From Chloroflexota bacterium (GTDB lineage: Bacteria > Chloroflexota > Limnocylindria > P2-11E): a DNA stretch of 64,000 nucleotides. Position numbers and translations under genes: made by a program. Below, piece by piece: positions 1-9,970 of this stretch (positions are counted from its first letter, which is position 1; each line of letters begins with the position of its first letter). Where the stretch lies: assembly GCA_005889405.1 (NCBI GenBank), contig VBFY01000061.1, forward strand, positions 64,769 to 128,768, in the 5' to 3' direction. Below the pieces are notes generated by a model that had not been told where the DNA came from, searched no databases, and saw only the letters and a list, made by a program, of their open reading frames with translations.

Positions 1-1
1 C

Positions 2-937
2 ACCGTGACGGTCGTGGCCCTGCCCAGCGACGACATGAAGGGCCGCATCATCGGCCGTGAGGGGCGGAATATCCGCACCCTCGAGACGCTCACGGGCGTC
101 GATCTCGTCATCGACGACACGCCCGAAGCTGTCGTCGTGTCGGGCTTCGATCCGATCCGCCGCGAGGTGGCGAAGCGCGCTCTCGAGCGGCTCCTCGTCG
201 ACGGTCGCATCCACCCGGCGCGCATCGAGGAGATGGTCGCGAAGGCGAAGACCGAGATCGATCAGGTCATGAAGGAGGCTGCCGAATCCGCGATCTACGA
301 AGTCGGCCTCGCCGGCCTGCATCCCGACCTCGTGCGCCTGTTGGGCCGCCTGCATTTCCGCACCTCGTACGGGCAGAACGTGCTGCGGCATTCCGTCGAG
401 GTGGCGCACGTCGCCGGCATGCTCGCGTCCGAGACCGGGTACGACCCCCAGACGATGAAGCGGGCGGGTCTGCTGCATGACATCGGTAAAGCGATCGACC
501 ACGAGGTCGAGGGGCCGCACACGATCATCGGCGGCGAGCTCCTGAAGCGCTACGGATTCCCGCAGAACGTGATCGATGGGGTCGTCGGTCATCACGGCGA
601 CGTCGAGCCTGTGACGATGGTGGGCACGCTCATCTCCGCGGCCGACGCGATCAGCGCGGCACGCCCGGGCGCCCGCAGCGAGATCGTCTCGAACTACCTG
701 CAGCGTCTGCAGGAGCTCGAGAGCGTCGCGAACAGCTTCCAGGGCGTCGAGAAGTCGTTCGCGATCCAGGCGGGTCGCGAGATCCGCGTCATCGTGAAGC
801 CCGAGCAGATCGATGACCTCTCGACCGCGCGGCTCTCGCGCGACATCGCGCAAAAGATCCAGGAATCGCTCCAGTACCCGGGTCAGATCAAGGTGACGGT
901 CATACGCGAGACGCGCGCGGTCGAGTACGCCAAGTAA
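2..937 (+). CDS. rny: Ribonuclease Y (5' partial; begins before window)
   Basis: KH motif [16 protein letters not shown] motif GLLHDIGK, C-terminal [15 protein letters not shown]. Confidence 0.97.
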   Translation, partial: TVTVVALPSDDMKGRIIGREGRNIRTLETLTGVDLVIDDTPEAVVVSGFDPIRREVAKRALERLLVDGRIHPARIEEMVAKAKTEIDQVMKEAAESAIYEVGLAGLHPDLVRLLGRLHFRTSYGQNVLRHSVEVAHVAGMLASETGYDPQTMKRAGLLHDIGKAIDHEVEGPHTIIGGELLKRYGFPQNVIDGVVGHHGDVEPVTMVGTLISAADAISAARPGARSEIVSNYLQRLQELESVANSFQGVEKSFAIQAGREIRVIVKPEQIDDLSTARLSRDIAQKIQESLQYPGQIKVTVIRETRAVEYAK

Positions 938-1373
938 GGACTAGGTCCTCGGATCGAGAGCGACAGCCTCGTGATGTCAGGGGACGCGGAGTGGACCGAC
1001 CACGTACGCGGACCACAACAGCGGTGTTTTCACACCCCTGCAGACGAGACCGTACGTTCCGCTGAGAAGCGTTTGATCGAATTGATGGCTCTGCATGTTG
1101 CTCGGCGATGTGCAACTCCAGCTCGCCGTAAGCATGGCCGTCGTTCATACGTTGGACGTTGAACACCGCAGCCCTGGACGTCTTGTTCACGAACGTCGCC
1201 ACGAAGTGCTCAGGGATTAAGGCGCCGAGCCCTTCGCCCACGCAGGCGTTGTCGGTGAGGGTAAGGGTGATCTGCGCTGGCGGAACCGACGGCTCGCGCG
1301 CACCGCATGCAGTCATAGCAGCGAACATAACGACAAGGCCCAGCGTCCAGCCGCGCGCCCGCTGCGTCCTCAT
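900..1373 (-). pseudogene. Probable degraded lipoprotein gene between rny and ymdB
   Basis: ATG at 1373, hydrophobic signal and lipobox MTAC, protein-like for about 90 aa, then low-quality sequence that runs into the rny 3' end. Confidence 0.4.
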
Positions 1374-1407
1374 CGCATGCGCAGGATAGTGTTCGCCGTC
1401 AAGAACG

Positions 1408-2184
1408 ATGAGGATCCTGTTCGTCGGTGACGTGGTGGGTCGGCCAGGACGCAACGCCGTCGCGGCGCTGCTGCCCAAGATCCGCGCCGAGCGAGGCATC
1501 GACTTCGCCATCGTCAACGGCGAGAACTCCGCGGGTGGCGCCGGTCTCACCGCGGACATCGCGCGCGAGCTCAACGCCAACGGCGCCGACGTCGTCACGA
1601 ACGGCAATCACGTGTGGGACCAGCGGCAGTTCCTCAACGACATCGAGCTTCTGCCGTTCGCGATACGCCCGATCAACCTCGCGCCGGGCAATCCGGGTCG
1701 CGGCTGGGTCGTCGTGCGCGACGTCCTCGTCGTGAACGCGATCGGCCGCACCTTCATGGCGCCCGCGGACGACCCCTTCCGCGCCGTCGATGCGCTGCTC
1801 GAACAGCTCGGACGCGACGCGCCTCGCGTCCGAGTTCTCGATTGGCACGCTGAGGCGACGAGCGAGAAGGTCGCGATGGGATGGCACCTCGACGGGCGCT
1901 TCTCCGCGGTCGTCGGCTCGCACACCCACGTTCCGACGGCCGACGCGCGCGTCTTCCCACAAGGTACGGCGCACGTGTCCGATACCGGCATGGTCGGTCC
2001 GCGCGATTCGGTCCTGGGCGTGGACAAGGACATCATCGTGGGCCGCTTCAGGGACGGTGTGCCGCGTCGGTTCGAGGTCGCTGGTGGCCCGGTGCAGTTC
2101 AACAGCGTCGTCATCGACGTCGACGAGTCGACAGGACGCGCGCGCACGATCGAACGGCTCGACAGATTGTTCGGGGAGGAGTGA
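1408..2184 (+). CDS. ymdB: YmdB/TIGR00282 metallophosphoesterase
   Basis: GDVVG, NGEN, GNHVWD, HAEATSEK, GSHTHV motifs; follows rny. Confidence 0.95.
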   Translation: MRILFVGDVVGRPGRNAVAALLPKIRAERGIDFAIVNGENSAGGAGLTADIARELNANGADVVTNGNHVWDQRQFLNDIELLPFAIRPINLAPGNPGRGWVVVRDVLVVNAIGRTFMAPADDPFRAVDALLEQLGRDAPRVRVLDWHAEATSEKVAMGWHLDGRFSAVVGSHTHVPTADARVFPQGTAHVSDTGMVGPRDSVLGVDKDIIVGRFRDGVPRRFEVAGGPVQFNSVVIDVDESTGRARTIERLDRLFGEE

Positions 2185-2185
2185 C

Positions 2186-2548
2186 GTGAAGGTCAAAGGC
2201 GTCGGCTGGCTCGGGAGTCCGACCGACCGTTTCGATGACATGGTGCATTTCGCCGTAGATGTGCTCGAGTTGAAGCCCCGGATCAACGAATCGGACTTCG
2301 CGGTCTTCGACCTCGCCGACGGCGATACCTACGAGATCTTCGGCCCGCGCGCGATCGCGGACGCGCACCAGTTCATGCGTTGCCCGACCGCCGGCTTTCT
2401 GGTCGACGACGTGGCAGCGGCGCGCCGCGAGATGGAGACGAAGGGCGTGCTCTTCATCGGGCCCGTGTATCGGTCGTCAGGCGGTTATTCGTGGTCGCAC
2501 TTCTTCGCGCCGGACGGCCACGTCTACGAGATCACCAGCCGCTCTTGA
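2186..2548 (+). CDS. VOC/glyoxalase family protein
   Basis: GTG at 2186; FLVDDVAAARREM...G and F.APDGHVYEI motifs. Confidence 0.85.
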   Translation: MKVKGVGWLGSPTDRFDDMVHFAVDVLELKPRINESDFAVFDLADGDTYEIFGPRAIADAHQFMRCPTAGFLVDDVAAARREMETKGVLFIGPVYRSSGGYSWSHFFAPDGHVYEITSRS

Positions 2549-3378
2549 CCAGCGGCTACCCGATCGATCTGCATACGCACTCGATCGCATCCGACGGCGC
2601 GCTCACACCGACCGAGCTCATCGCGCGCGCCGCGGAACGCGGTGTACGCATCCAGGCACTCGCGGACCACGACACGTTGCTGGGCGTCGCCGAAGCGGTC
2701 GCGGAGGGCGAGCGCCGCGGCGTTCGGGTGATCCCCGCGACCGAGCTGAACACCGAATCGGAGTGGGGAGACGTCCACATCCTCGCGTATTTCGTCGATC
2801 CGAAGGACGATGCGCTCGAGGAACGGCTCCGCTGGCTGCGGGAGAACCGCGGACGGCGCATCGAGCTGATGGTGGAGAAGCTGAATGCGCTCGGATACGC
2901 GGTCTCGCTCGATCGCGTGCGCGAGATCGCGCAGGGCGGGTCTCTCGGCAGGCCGCATCTCGCGCAGGCGCTCTTCGAGTCGGGCCACGTGCCGACGTAC
3001 GACAGCGCGTTCGACACGCTGATCAGCAAGGACTCTCCCGCGTACGTCTCGCGGGTCGGACTCGCGCCGCTCGAAGCGGTCGCGCTGGCGCGCACGCACG
3101 GCGGCGTGCCGTCGCTCGCGCATCCCGGCACGGTCGTCGACGTCGAGCGGCTACTGCCTCAGCTCGTCCCGGCCGGCCTCGTCGGCATGGAGTGCTACTA
3201 CGCGTCACACACGCCGGCGTTCACGGCGCGGTGTCTACGCCTGTCCGTGCGCTACGGCCTCGTGCCCACCGGCGGCAGCGATTTCCATGGCCGCGGCGAG
3301 CACGGTGTGGATCTCGGTGGCGTTTTCGTACCGCCGGAATGCATCGCCGCGCTGGAGACCCACCAAGCGAGGAGGTGA
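2545..3378 (+). CDS. PHP domain phosphoesterase (TrpH/YciV-like)
   Basis: TTG in TTGA overlap; DLHTHS..SDG, DHD, AHP, GGSDFHG. Confidence 0.93.
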   Translation: MTSGYPIDLHTHSIASDGALTPTELIARAAERGVRIQALADHDTLLGVAEAVAEGERRGVRVIPATELNTESEWGDVHILAYFVDPKDDALEERLRWLRENRGRRIELMVEKLNALGYAVSLDRVREIAQGGSLGRPHLAQALFESGHVPTYDSAFDTLISKDSPAYVSRVGLAPLEAVALARTHGGVPSLAHPGTVVDVERLLPQLVPAGLVGMECYYASHTPAFTARCLRLSVRYGLVPTGGSDFHGRGEHGVDLGGVFVPPECIAALETHQARR

Positions 3379-3415
3379 GCGGTACCATTCCACCGGCTGT
3401 GGAAGGGGACAACTG

Positions 3416-4306
3416 ATGGCCGGCGCGCTGCGACCAGTCGTCCTCCTCATGCTCCTCGCATCGGTCCTCTTCGTGCTCGACGGCATCCTCGACGGCGTGT
3501 ATCCCGGCGGTCCCGCGTGGTTCACCGGCAAGTACAACAACCTCGCCGAGATCGCGTACGTCTTCGCGATCCTCAACACCGCGGTCGCGTATCTCGTCGC
3601 GCGTGGGAGCGAACGCAGCCTCATGGCGCGCATCGGGCTCTCCGCGTTCTTCCTGGTCGAGCGTCCCCTTACCGCGTTCGTCCTCGGTCCGAAGGAGCTC
3701 GCCGCCGTCGTCGTGCACCTCGCGACGGCCCTGGTGGAGCTCGTGATCCTGGTGTCCGCCGTGCGGGTCTGGCGCCTCGGGCATTCGGTCGGGGACGCCG
3801 AAATGGACAGCCTTTTCGGCCTTCAGAGCTCGTCTCCGATGCCCGTTCCGCCCAGTGACGTGGACGATCCGACCCCACGCGCGGTGTCGCCGGGTCTGCC
3901 GCAGAAGACGGCCTGGATGCTGGGCATCATCTCCATCCTGCTGGCGGCGGTTCTCGTCGCGGATGGCCTTGTTTCGGGCTTCGTTCCCGGCGGACGGGAC
4001 TGGGGTCTCTCCGGCGACGCGTCCGGCTGGCTCGTCTATCTCTTCGCGATCGTGGCGCTCACCGTCGCCGCTCGCGCGGTCCACGGCGGAATGCTCGCGC
4101 TGCGACTTCTTCTCGCGACCGCACTCCTCTTCGTGATCGAACGCGCCTTCAGTCCGTTCGCGCTTCGCGTCGTGGATCCGATCGCGCTGATGCTCCATGA
4201 GCTCGCGGCGTTCGTCGCCCTGGCTCTGGCGCTCGCGTGCGCGAGCGCGATCCGCGGTCGACGCGCGAACGCCGAAGGCAGCGTCGCATCCCTCGAAGCG
4301 GCCTGA
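3416..4306 (+). CDS. Polytopic membrane protein with internal duplication
   Basis: ATG 3416 after GGAAGGGG; about 8 hydrophobic segments in two similar halves. Confidence 0.8.
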   Translation: MAGALRPVVLLMLLASVLFVLDGILDGVYPGGPAWFTGKYNNLAEIAYVFAILNTAVAYLVARGSERSLMARIGLSAFFLVERPLTAFVLGPKELAAVVVHLATALVELVILVSAVRVWRLGHSVGDAEMDSLFGLQSSSPMPVPPSDVDDPTPRAVSPGLPQKTAWMLGIISILLAAVLVADGLVSGFVPGGRDWGLSGDASGWLVYLFAIVALTVAARAVHGGMLALRLLLATALLFVIERAFSPFALRVVDPIALMLHELAAFVALALALACASAIRGRRANAEGSVASLEAA

Positions 4307-4312
4307 TCGCAC

Positions 4313-5275
4313 GTGACGACGGTCAAGGAGGCCGCGACCCGCCTCGCCCTGCAGGTCGGCGGCGTCGTCATCGGGAAACGTGCGGCGACGGAGCAGCTTC
4401 TCGCCGCCCTTCTCGTCGAAGGGCACGTGCTCCTCGACGACGTGCCGGGAGTGGGGAAGACGACGCTCGCGCGCGCGGTCGCGCGGTCGTTCGCGCTCTC
4501 GTTCAGCCGGATCCAGTGCACGCCGGACCTTGTGCCTTCGGACATCACCGGCGTCTCGATCTTCGATCAACGGTCGCAGAAGTTCGAGTACCGACCAGGG
4601 CCGTTGATGGCGAACATCGTGCTCGTCGACGAGATCAACCGCGCCACGCCGCGTGCGCAGTCGAGCCTGCTCGAGGCGATGCAGGAGCGGCAGGTCACCG
4701 TCGACGAGGCGACGCACACCCTGCCCGAGCCGTTCTGCGTCATCGCGACGCAGAACCCGATCGAGCTCGAGGGAACGTTCCCGCTGCCTGAGGCCCAGCT
4801 CGACCGCTTCCTTCTGATGCTCCAGCTCGGCTACCCGAGCGCCGACGAGGAGGATGACATCCTTCGCGTCCACGGGGCCGGCACGGTCTCGACCGAAGAT
4901 CTCCGGCCGATCCTCGATGCCACGGCGCTCGCGTCGCTCCGCGAGGAGGTTCGCGCGGTGCGTGTCAGCGAAGCGGTCCGCCGCTACGTCGCCGATGTTG
5001 TGCGCGCGACGCGAACGGCCGAGGGCGTCGAGCTTGGCGCGAGTCCGCGCGCCGCGCTCGCCCTGTATCGCGCGGCGCAAGCGCACGCGGCGATCCGCGG
5101 TCGCGCGTACGTGCTACCCGACGACGTGAAGGCGCAGGCGACCGCCGTGCTCCGCCACCGGCTCTTCCTCATCGCCGACGCGCAGATGCGTGGACGCACC
5201 GGCGCGGCTGTCGTCGCCGATGTGCTCGCCCGCACGCCGGTGCCGGCCGAGGACGCGGCGCGCGCGGCCGGCTGA
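4313..5275 (+). CDS. MoxR family AAA+ ATPase
   Basis: Walker A DVPGVGKTT, RIQCTPDL.PSD, DEINRA.P..QS.LLEAMQE, ATQNPIE.EGTFPLPEAQLDRF. Confidence 0.96.
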   Translation: MTTVKEAATRLALQVGGVVIGKRAATEQLLAALLVEGHVLLDDVPGVGKTTLARAVARSFALSFSRIQCTPDLVPSDITGVSIFDQRSQKFEYRPGPLMANIVLVDEINRATPRAQSSLLEAMQERQVTVDEATHTLPEPFCVIATQNPIELEGTFPLPEAQLDRFLLMLQLGYPSADEEDDILRVHGAGTVSTEDLRPILDATALASLREEVRAVRVSEAVRRYVADVVRATRTAEGVELGASPRAALALYRAAQAHAAIRGRAYVLPDDVKAQATAVLRHRLFLIADAQMRGRTGAAVVADVLARTPVPAEDAARAAG

Positions 5276-5276
5276 G

Positions 5277-6485
5277 ATGACCCGGTCCGGCCGCTTCGAG
5301 TGGCCGATCGTCATCGCGGTCGTTCTCGTCGCGGCCATCTCGCGATCGCCGGCGCTCATCGTGCTCGGCGCCGGTGGCCTCGTCGTATGGCTCATGGTGT
5401 GGCTGACCGGACGTCTCGCGCTCGTCGGGCTCGAGACGCACCTCCAGGTCGCACCGGATCGTCTCATCGCCGGCGAGCCGACCGTCGCGACCGTGACGGT
5501 CATCAACCGCAAGCCGTTACCGCTGCCGTGGCTCGACCTGCGGCTGTTCCTGCCGGAGGGTATCGAGACGCCCGAGCCAACGCCCGGCCTCGCGCGCGGG
5601 TGGGTCAACGCGGGCTTCGCGCCGCGCGGCCATGAGCGCCTCGTGCTGCGCTTCCCGCTCGTCGTGACGCAGCGCGGCGCCTACGCGGTCGGTCCGATCC
5701 GGCTGCGCGGCGGCGACTGGCTCGGGTTCACCGTGACGGAGCGGACGGACGAGGTCGCGGCGCAGGTCGTCGCCTACCCGGCGCCGCTGGCGGTGCGCGA
5801 CCGCCAGCTGCCTTCGCTGCGCCCGCTCGCCGAGCTCGCGGTGCGCCGGGGCCTCCTTCCCGATCCGCTGCGCTTCCGCGGCGTGCGTGAGCACCGGAGC
5901 GGCGATCCGCGCAAGGAGATCCATTGGAAAGCCTCGGCCCGGCTGCGCGACCTCCAGACCAAGCTCTACGAGCCCGCGACCAGCCTCGATGCGGTATTCC
6001 TCGTGAACGTCGCCTCGTACGAGCAGTACTGGATCCAGGCCGATCCCGAGGCGGTCGAGCTCGTCGTGTCCGCCGCGGCCGACATGGTGCGCATCGCCGC
6101 GAACGCCGGGCGCCAGGTCGGGCTCGTGACGAATGGCCTGGACAACCTCACGCACGAACGGCCACGGTCATCACTTGGGCGCGGTCCGCACTCGCTCACG
6201 CGCGCCCTCGAGATACTCGCGCGTCTCGGGCCCTATGCGACGAATTCGCCGGAGGCGGTGTTCCTCGCTGAGCGCGGCCGCCTCCCCTGGGGCGCGACGC
6301 TCGTCGTGGTCACCCCGAAGCTGACCGTCGGTCTCGCGGGCGCGATGCTCGCGCTCCGTCGCGCGCATCACCGCGTGCTCGGCGTGAGCGTCGCGCCCGC
6401 CGATGTCGCGATGGGCGCGCATCTGCGCGCGCGCGGGGTGGTGCTTGACGTGCTCCATCCCGCGGAGCTCCGCCGTGCGGGGTAG
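5277..6485 (+). CDS. DUF58 family protein (MoxR partner)
   Basis: N-terminal TM; GVREH.SGD..K.IHWKASAR motif; follows moxR. Confidence 0.9.
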   Translation: MTRSGRFEWPIVIAVVLVAAISRSPALIVLGAGGLVVWLMVWLTGRLALVGLETHLQVAPDRLIAGEPTVATVTVINRKPLPLPWLDLRLFLPEGIETPEPTPGLARGWVNAGFAPRGHERLVLRFPLVVTQRGAYAVGPIRLRGGDWLGFTVTERTDEVAAQVVAYPAPLAVRDRQLPSLRPLAELAVRRGLLPDPLRFRGVREHRSGDPRKEIHWKASARLRDLQTKLYEPATSLDAVFLVNVASYEQYWIQADPEAVELVVSAAADMVRIAANAGRQVGLVTNGLDNLTHERPRSSLGRGPHSLTRALEILARLGPYATNSPEAVFLAERGRLPWGATLVVVTPKLTVGLAGAMLALRRAHHRVLGVSVAPADVAMGAHLRARGVVLDVLHPAELRRAG

Positions 6486-7806
6486 CGCCGCGGTCGCCAT
6501 CCTCATCGGCGCGCGCTGCTTCGTCGAGGCGGTCGCCTTCACGATGATCGCGGCGCTGGCCCACGTCGGCACGACGGGCGTCGCGCCCCTGCCGATCGTG
6601 CCGTCGACGCTCGTTCTGTTCGGCGTCGGCATCCTTCTCGTGACGATCCAGCGCGAGGTGAGAAGCGAGCGACGGGGCACGACGATCCTCGTCGTCACGC
6701 TCGCTGCGGGTGTGGTGTGGGGTCTCGTTCTCCCAGCGCGCGATCCGGACGGGCTCGCGGTCCTCTCGCGGATGGTCGCGTTCGGGCTGATCGCCGAAGG
6801 ATTCCTGTGGCGCAATCTGTCGATCGCCCGCGGCGCGGTGCGCTGGGGCGATTCACGGAGCGCGCTGCTCTTTGCCGGCAGCTGCATCGGGCTCGCTGCG
6901 CTCGCGTCCGGACCGATCGATCACGGACCCCTTGCGGTCCTCGCGCTTCTGGTGGTCGCGCTGTCGGGGCTCGCCCTGTCGCTCGCGCGCACGACCGAGG
7001 AGCTCGCGCTCGCCCGCGGCACGCGCGGGGTCGCGCGCGCGTCGTCGGCGACCGGTGTGAGCTTCGTGATCGGCATCGTCGCGATCCTCGCCGCCGCGTT
7101 CGTGCCCGTCGTCCAGGACCTGCTCTCCGCCTTCGGGACGGCGATCGAACCGACCTTCACGCGGATCGTGTACCTCATCCTTTTGCCCCTTGGGTACATC
7201 GCCGCGTTCATCGTCGAGTTCCTCGCGCCGATCCTCGCGCGGTTCTGGCGTCGTGAGCCGGTGCTGCTTCAGCCGCGCACTCCCGCCGACGACGAAAAGC
7301 TGCTGCGCCAGATCGAGCAGACCCGGCCGATCGTGTTCGGCGCGGTCGAGATGTTCATCGTGCTCGGCGCTGCGCTCGTTGCGTTGTTCCTGTTCGATCG
7401 CATGCTGCGCGAGCGGAGGCTCGAGCTGCCCGAGGGCGTGACCTTGGAGCGTGGCGCCGCCGAGGGATTCGGTCTCGGCGACATGCTCCGTCGCCTGCGA
7501 CGTCAGCGCGGCGTGTCGCGCCGCGCGCCACGCGACGACGGGAGTCCCAGCGGCGCGCTGCGCCTTCTGTACTGGCGGTTCCTCACGCTCGCCGAGCGCG
7601 CTGGCGCGGGCTGGCGGCAGCCGCAGGAGACGCCGGCCGAGCATCTGGCGCGCATCCGGCGTGAGGACGCGCGTTGGTCGGCGGGAGATCCCCTCGTGCA
7701 CGCCTTCGAGGAACTGCGCTATGGCGAGGCCGCGCCCGATGCCGCGACGCTCGACCACGCGCGCGTCGCCCTGCACGCGCTGGAGGACGCCCGACGCGCG
7801 TCATAG
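6475..7806 (+). CDS. Membrane protein with C-terminal DUF4129-like domain
   Basis: Many TM segments; C-terminal ETPAEH...FEELRYG; start inferred at GTG 6475. Confidence 0.8.
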   Translation: MRGSAAVAILIGARCFVEAVAFTMIAALAHVGTTGVAPLPIVPSTLVLFGVGILLVTIQREVRSERRGTTILVVTLAAGVVWGLVLPARDPDGLAVLSRMVAFGLIAEGFLWRNLSIARGAVRWGDSRSALLFAGSCIGLAALASGPIDHGPLAVLALLVVALSGLALSLARTTEELALARGTRGVARASSATGVSFVIGIVAILAAAFVPVVQDLLSAFGTAIEPTFTRIVYLILLPLGYIAAFIVEFLAPILARFWRREPVLLQPRTPADDEKLLRQIEQTRPIVFGAVEMFIVLGAALVALFLFDRMLRERRLELPEGVTLERGAAEGFGLGDMLRRLRRQRGVSRRAPRDDGSPSGALRLLYWRFLTLAERAGAGWRQPQETPAEHLARIRREDARWSAGDPLVHAFEELRYGEAAPDAATLDHARVALHALEDARRAS

Positions 7807-8681
7807 CCATCGTCGGTCCGACGGCCTCCGGGAAGAGCGCGCTCGCGCTGCGTGTCGCGGAGGCCCTCGGCGGCGAGATCGTGTCCGCCGACTCGCGGCA
7901 GGTATATCGCGGGATGGACATCGGCACCGCGAAGCCGACGTCTGATGAGCGCGCACGCGTCCCGCACCACCTCATCGACGTGGCCGATCCCATTGAGCGA
8001 TACGACGTGTTCCGTTATCAGCGCGATGCGCGCGCCGCGCTCGACGCGATCGCGGCGCGTGGCCGCGCGGCGGTGGTCGTCGGCGGTACGGGGCTGTACG
8101 TGCGTGCTCTGCTCGACGGGCTCGACCTCGCGTCGGTCCCCACCGACCCGGTGCTGCGCGCGCGGATCGAGGCCGACGCGCAGCGTGACGGCGCCGACGC
8201 GCTCCACCGACGCTTGCGCGAGCTCGATCCCGAGGCCGCCACGCGCGTCGATCCGCGCAACGTCCGCCGCGTGGTCCGTTACGTCGAGGCGGCGCTGCTC
8301 ACGGGCGGCCTCACCGCGAGCTGGCGGCGGGACGGTGCGATCGCATCGCGAAGGGTCGGGCTCGCACCGCCGCGCGAGATCCTCATCGGCGCGATCGAGG
8401 CACGGGTGCGGCGGATGCTCGATGCCGGCGTTCTCGACGAAACGCGAGCTCTGCTGGCTCGAGGCGTCGATGCGTCGCTGCCCAGTCTCAGTGGGCACGG
8501 CTACGTGCATTGGGCGCGGCACCTCAGTGGCGCACTCGCGCTCGAAGACGCCACCCGGCTCACGGTCCGCGACACGCGCCGCTACTCCCGTCGGCAGATG
8601 ACCTGGTTCCGGCGCGACCGCGCGACGGTCTGGATCGATCCCACCGTGGAGGATCCACTGCCTGCGACACTGTCAGAGTGA
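7803..8681 (+). CDS. miaA: tRNA dimethylallyltransferase (probable ATA start)
   Basis: GPTASGKS, SADSRQVYRGMDIGTAKP, VGGTGLY, RRQMTWFR; start codon uncertain. Confidence 0.95.
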   Translation: MAIVGPTASGKSALALRVAEALGGEIVSADSRQVYRGMDIGTAKPTSDERARVPHHLIDVADPIERYDVFRYQRDARAALDAIAARGRAAVVVGGTGLYVRALLDGLDLASVPTDPVLRARIEADAQRDGADALHRRLRELDPEAATRVDPRNVRRVVRYVEAALLTGGLTASWRRDGAIASRRVGLAPPREILIGAIEARVRRMLDAGVLDETRALLARGVDASLPSLSGHGYVHWARHLSGALALEDATRLTVRDTRRYSRRQMTWFRRDRATVWIDPTVEDPLPATLSE

Positions 8682-9970
8682 AAGACACGTCCGAACCCCC
8701 CGAGCGGGCATACCTGGTAGCGCTCGATCAGCCACGCGCACGCTTCGACGCGGACGACTCCCTCGACGAGCTCGCCTCGTTGGTCGAGGCCGCCGGCGGC
8801 GTGGTCGCGGGTCGCGCGGTGCAGCAGCGACGCGCACCCGACCCGAACACGTGGGTGGGGAAGGGCAAGGCCGCGGAGATCGTGACCGAGTGCGCGCGGC
8901 TCGGCGCGGAGCTGGTCGTCGCCGACGATGAGCTCGCGCCGCGGCAGCAGCGTGGGCTCGAGGAGCTCACGGGCCGCCGCGTGGTCGATCGTTCCGCCCT
9001 GATCCTCGACATCTTTGCCCGTCACGCGCGGACGAAGGAAGGACGCGTGCAGGTCGAGCTGGCCCAGCTCGAGTACCAGCTCCCACGGCTGCGTGGGATC
9101 TGGAAAGGTCTGTCGCGGCTCGGCGGCGGCATCGGGACCCGCGGGCCCGGCGAGTCGCTCCTCGAAACGGATCGGCGTGTGATCGAGCGGCGTCTCATCG
9201 ATCTCAGGGCGCGCCTCGCAGAGGTGCAGCGGCAGCGCGAGCGCAGCCGCCTGTCGCGCAGCCGCGACGGCCTCTTCCTCGCCGCGCTCGTGGGTTACAC
9301 GAACGTCGGCAAGTCGACGCTGCTCAACGCACTCGCCGGCGCGACCGTGCTCGTCGCGGACCAGCCGTTCGCCACGCTCGATCCGACAACGCGCCGCATG
9401 GCGCTGCCCGGCGGTGGCGCGCTGCTCGTGTCGGACACCGTCGGCTTCATCAACAAGCTCCCGCCGGCGCTCATCGCGGCCTTCCGCGCAACGCTCGAGG
9501 AGTTGAACGACGCCGATCTGCTCGTGCATGTGGTCGACGTCGGTCACCCGAATCTGCACGAGCGGATGATCGTGGTCCGCGAGACGCTCGCCTCGCTCGA
9601 CCTCGCCTCGCGCGAGAGCCTCTTCGTGTTCAACAAGGCCGATACGCTACGCGGCGCCGAGGGCGAGGCGCTGCGCGAGGCACTTGGCGCCGAATTCCCT
9701 GGGGCGGTGTTCGTGTCCGCGCAGACGGGTGAGGGAGTGGAGATGCTCCGCGACCGTCTCGCCGCCATTGCGGCCTCACGCTGGACGAAGGTGGATGTCA
9801 CCGTGCCCTACAACGAGGGCGGTCTCGTGCAGCGGGTACGTGAGCGCGGTTCGCTGCGGAACACGGAGTACAGCGAAGCCGGGATCCGCATCGAAGCGGA
9901 TGTGCCGGCCGATCTGGCGGCGGAGCTCACAGCGCGACGCACGCGCGAGGTCAGCTCCGGCCGACGATGA
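8678..9970 (+). CDS. hflX: GTPase HflX
   Basis: GTG in GTGA overlap; GTRGPGE..LETDRR, VGYTNVGKST, FATLDPT, DTVGF, NKAD. Confidence 0.97.
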   Translation: MKDTSEPPERAYLVALDQPRARFDADDSLDELASLVEAAGGVVAGRAVQQRRAPDPNTWVGKGKAAEIVTECARLGAELVVADDELAPRQQRGLEELTGRRVVDRSALILDIFARHARTKEGRVQVELAQLEYQLPRLRGIWKGLSRLGGGIGTRGPGESLLETDRRVIERRLIDLRARLAEVQRQRERSRLSRSRDGLFLAALVGYTNVGKSTLLNALAGATVLVADQPFATLDPTTRRMALPGGGALLVSDTVGFINKLPPALIAAFRATLEELNDADLLVHVVDVGHPNLHERMIVVRETLASLDLASRESLFVFNKADTLRGAEGEALREALGAEFPGAVFVSAQTGEGVEMLRDRLAAIAASRWTKVDVTVPYNEGGLVQRVRERGSLRNTEYSEAGIRIEADVPADLAAELTARRTREVSSGRR

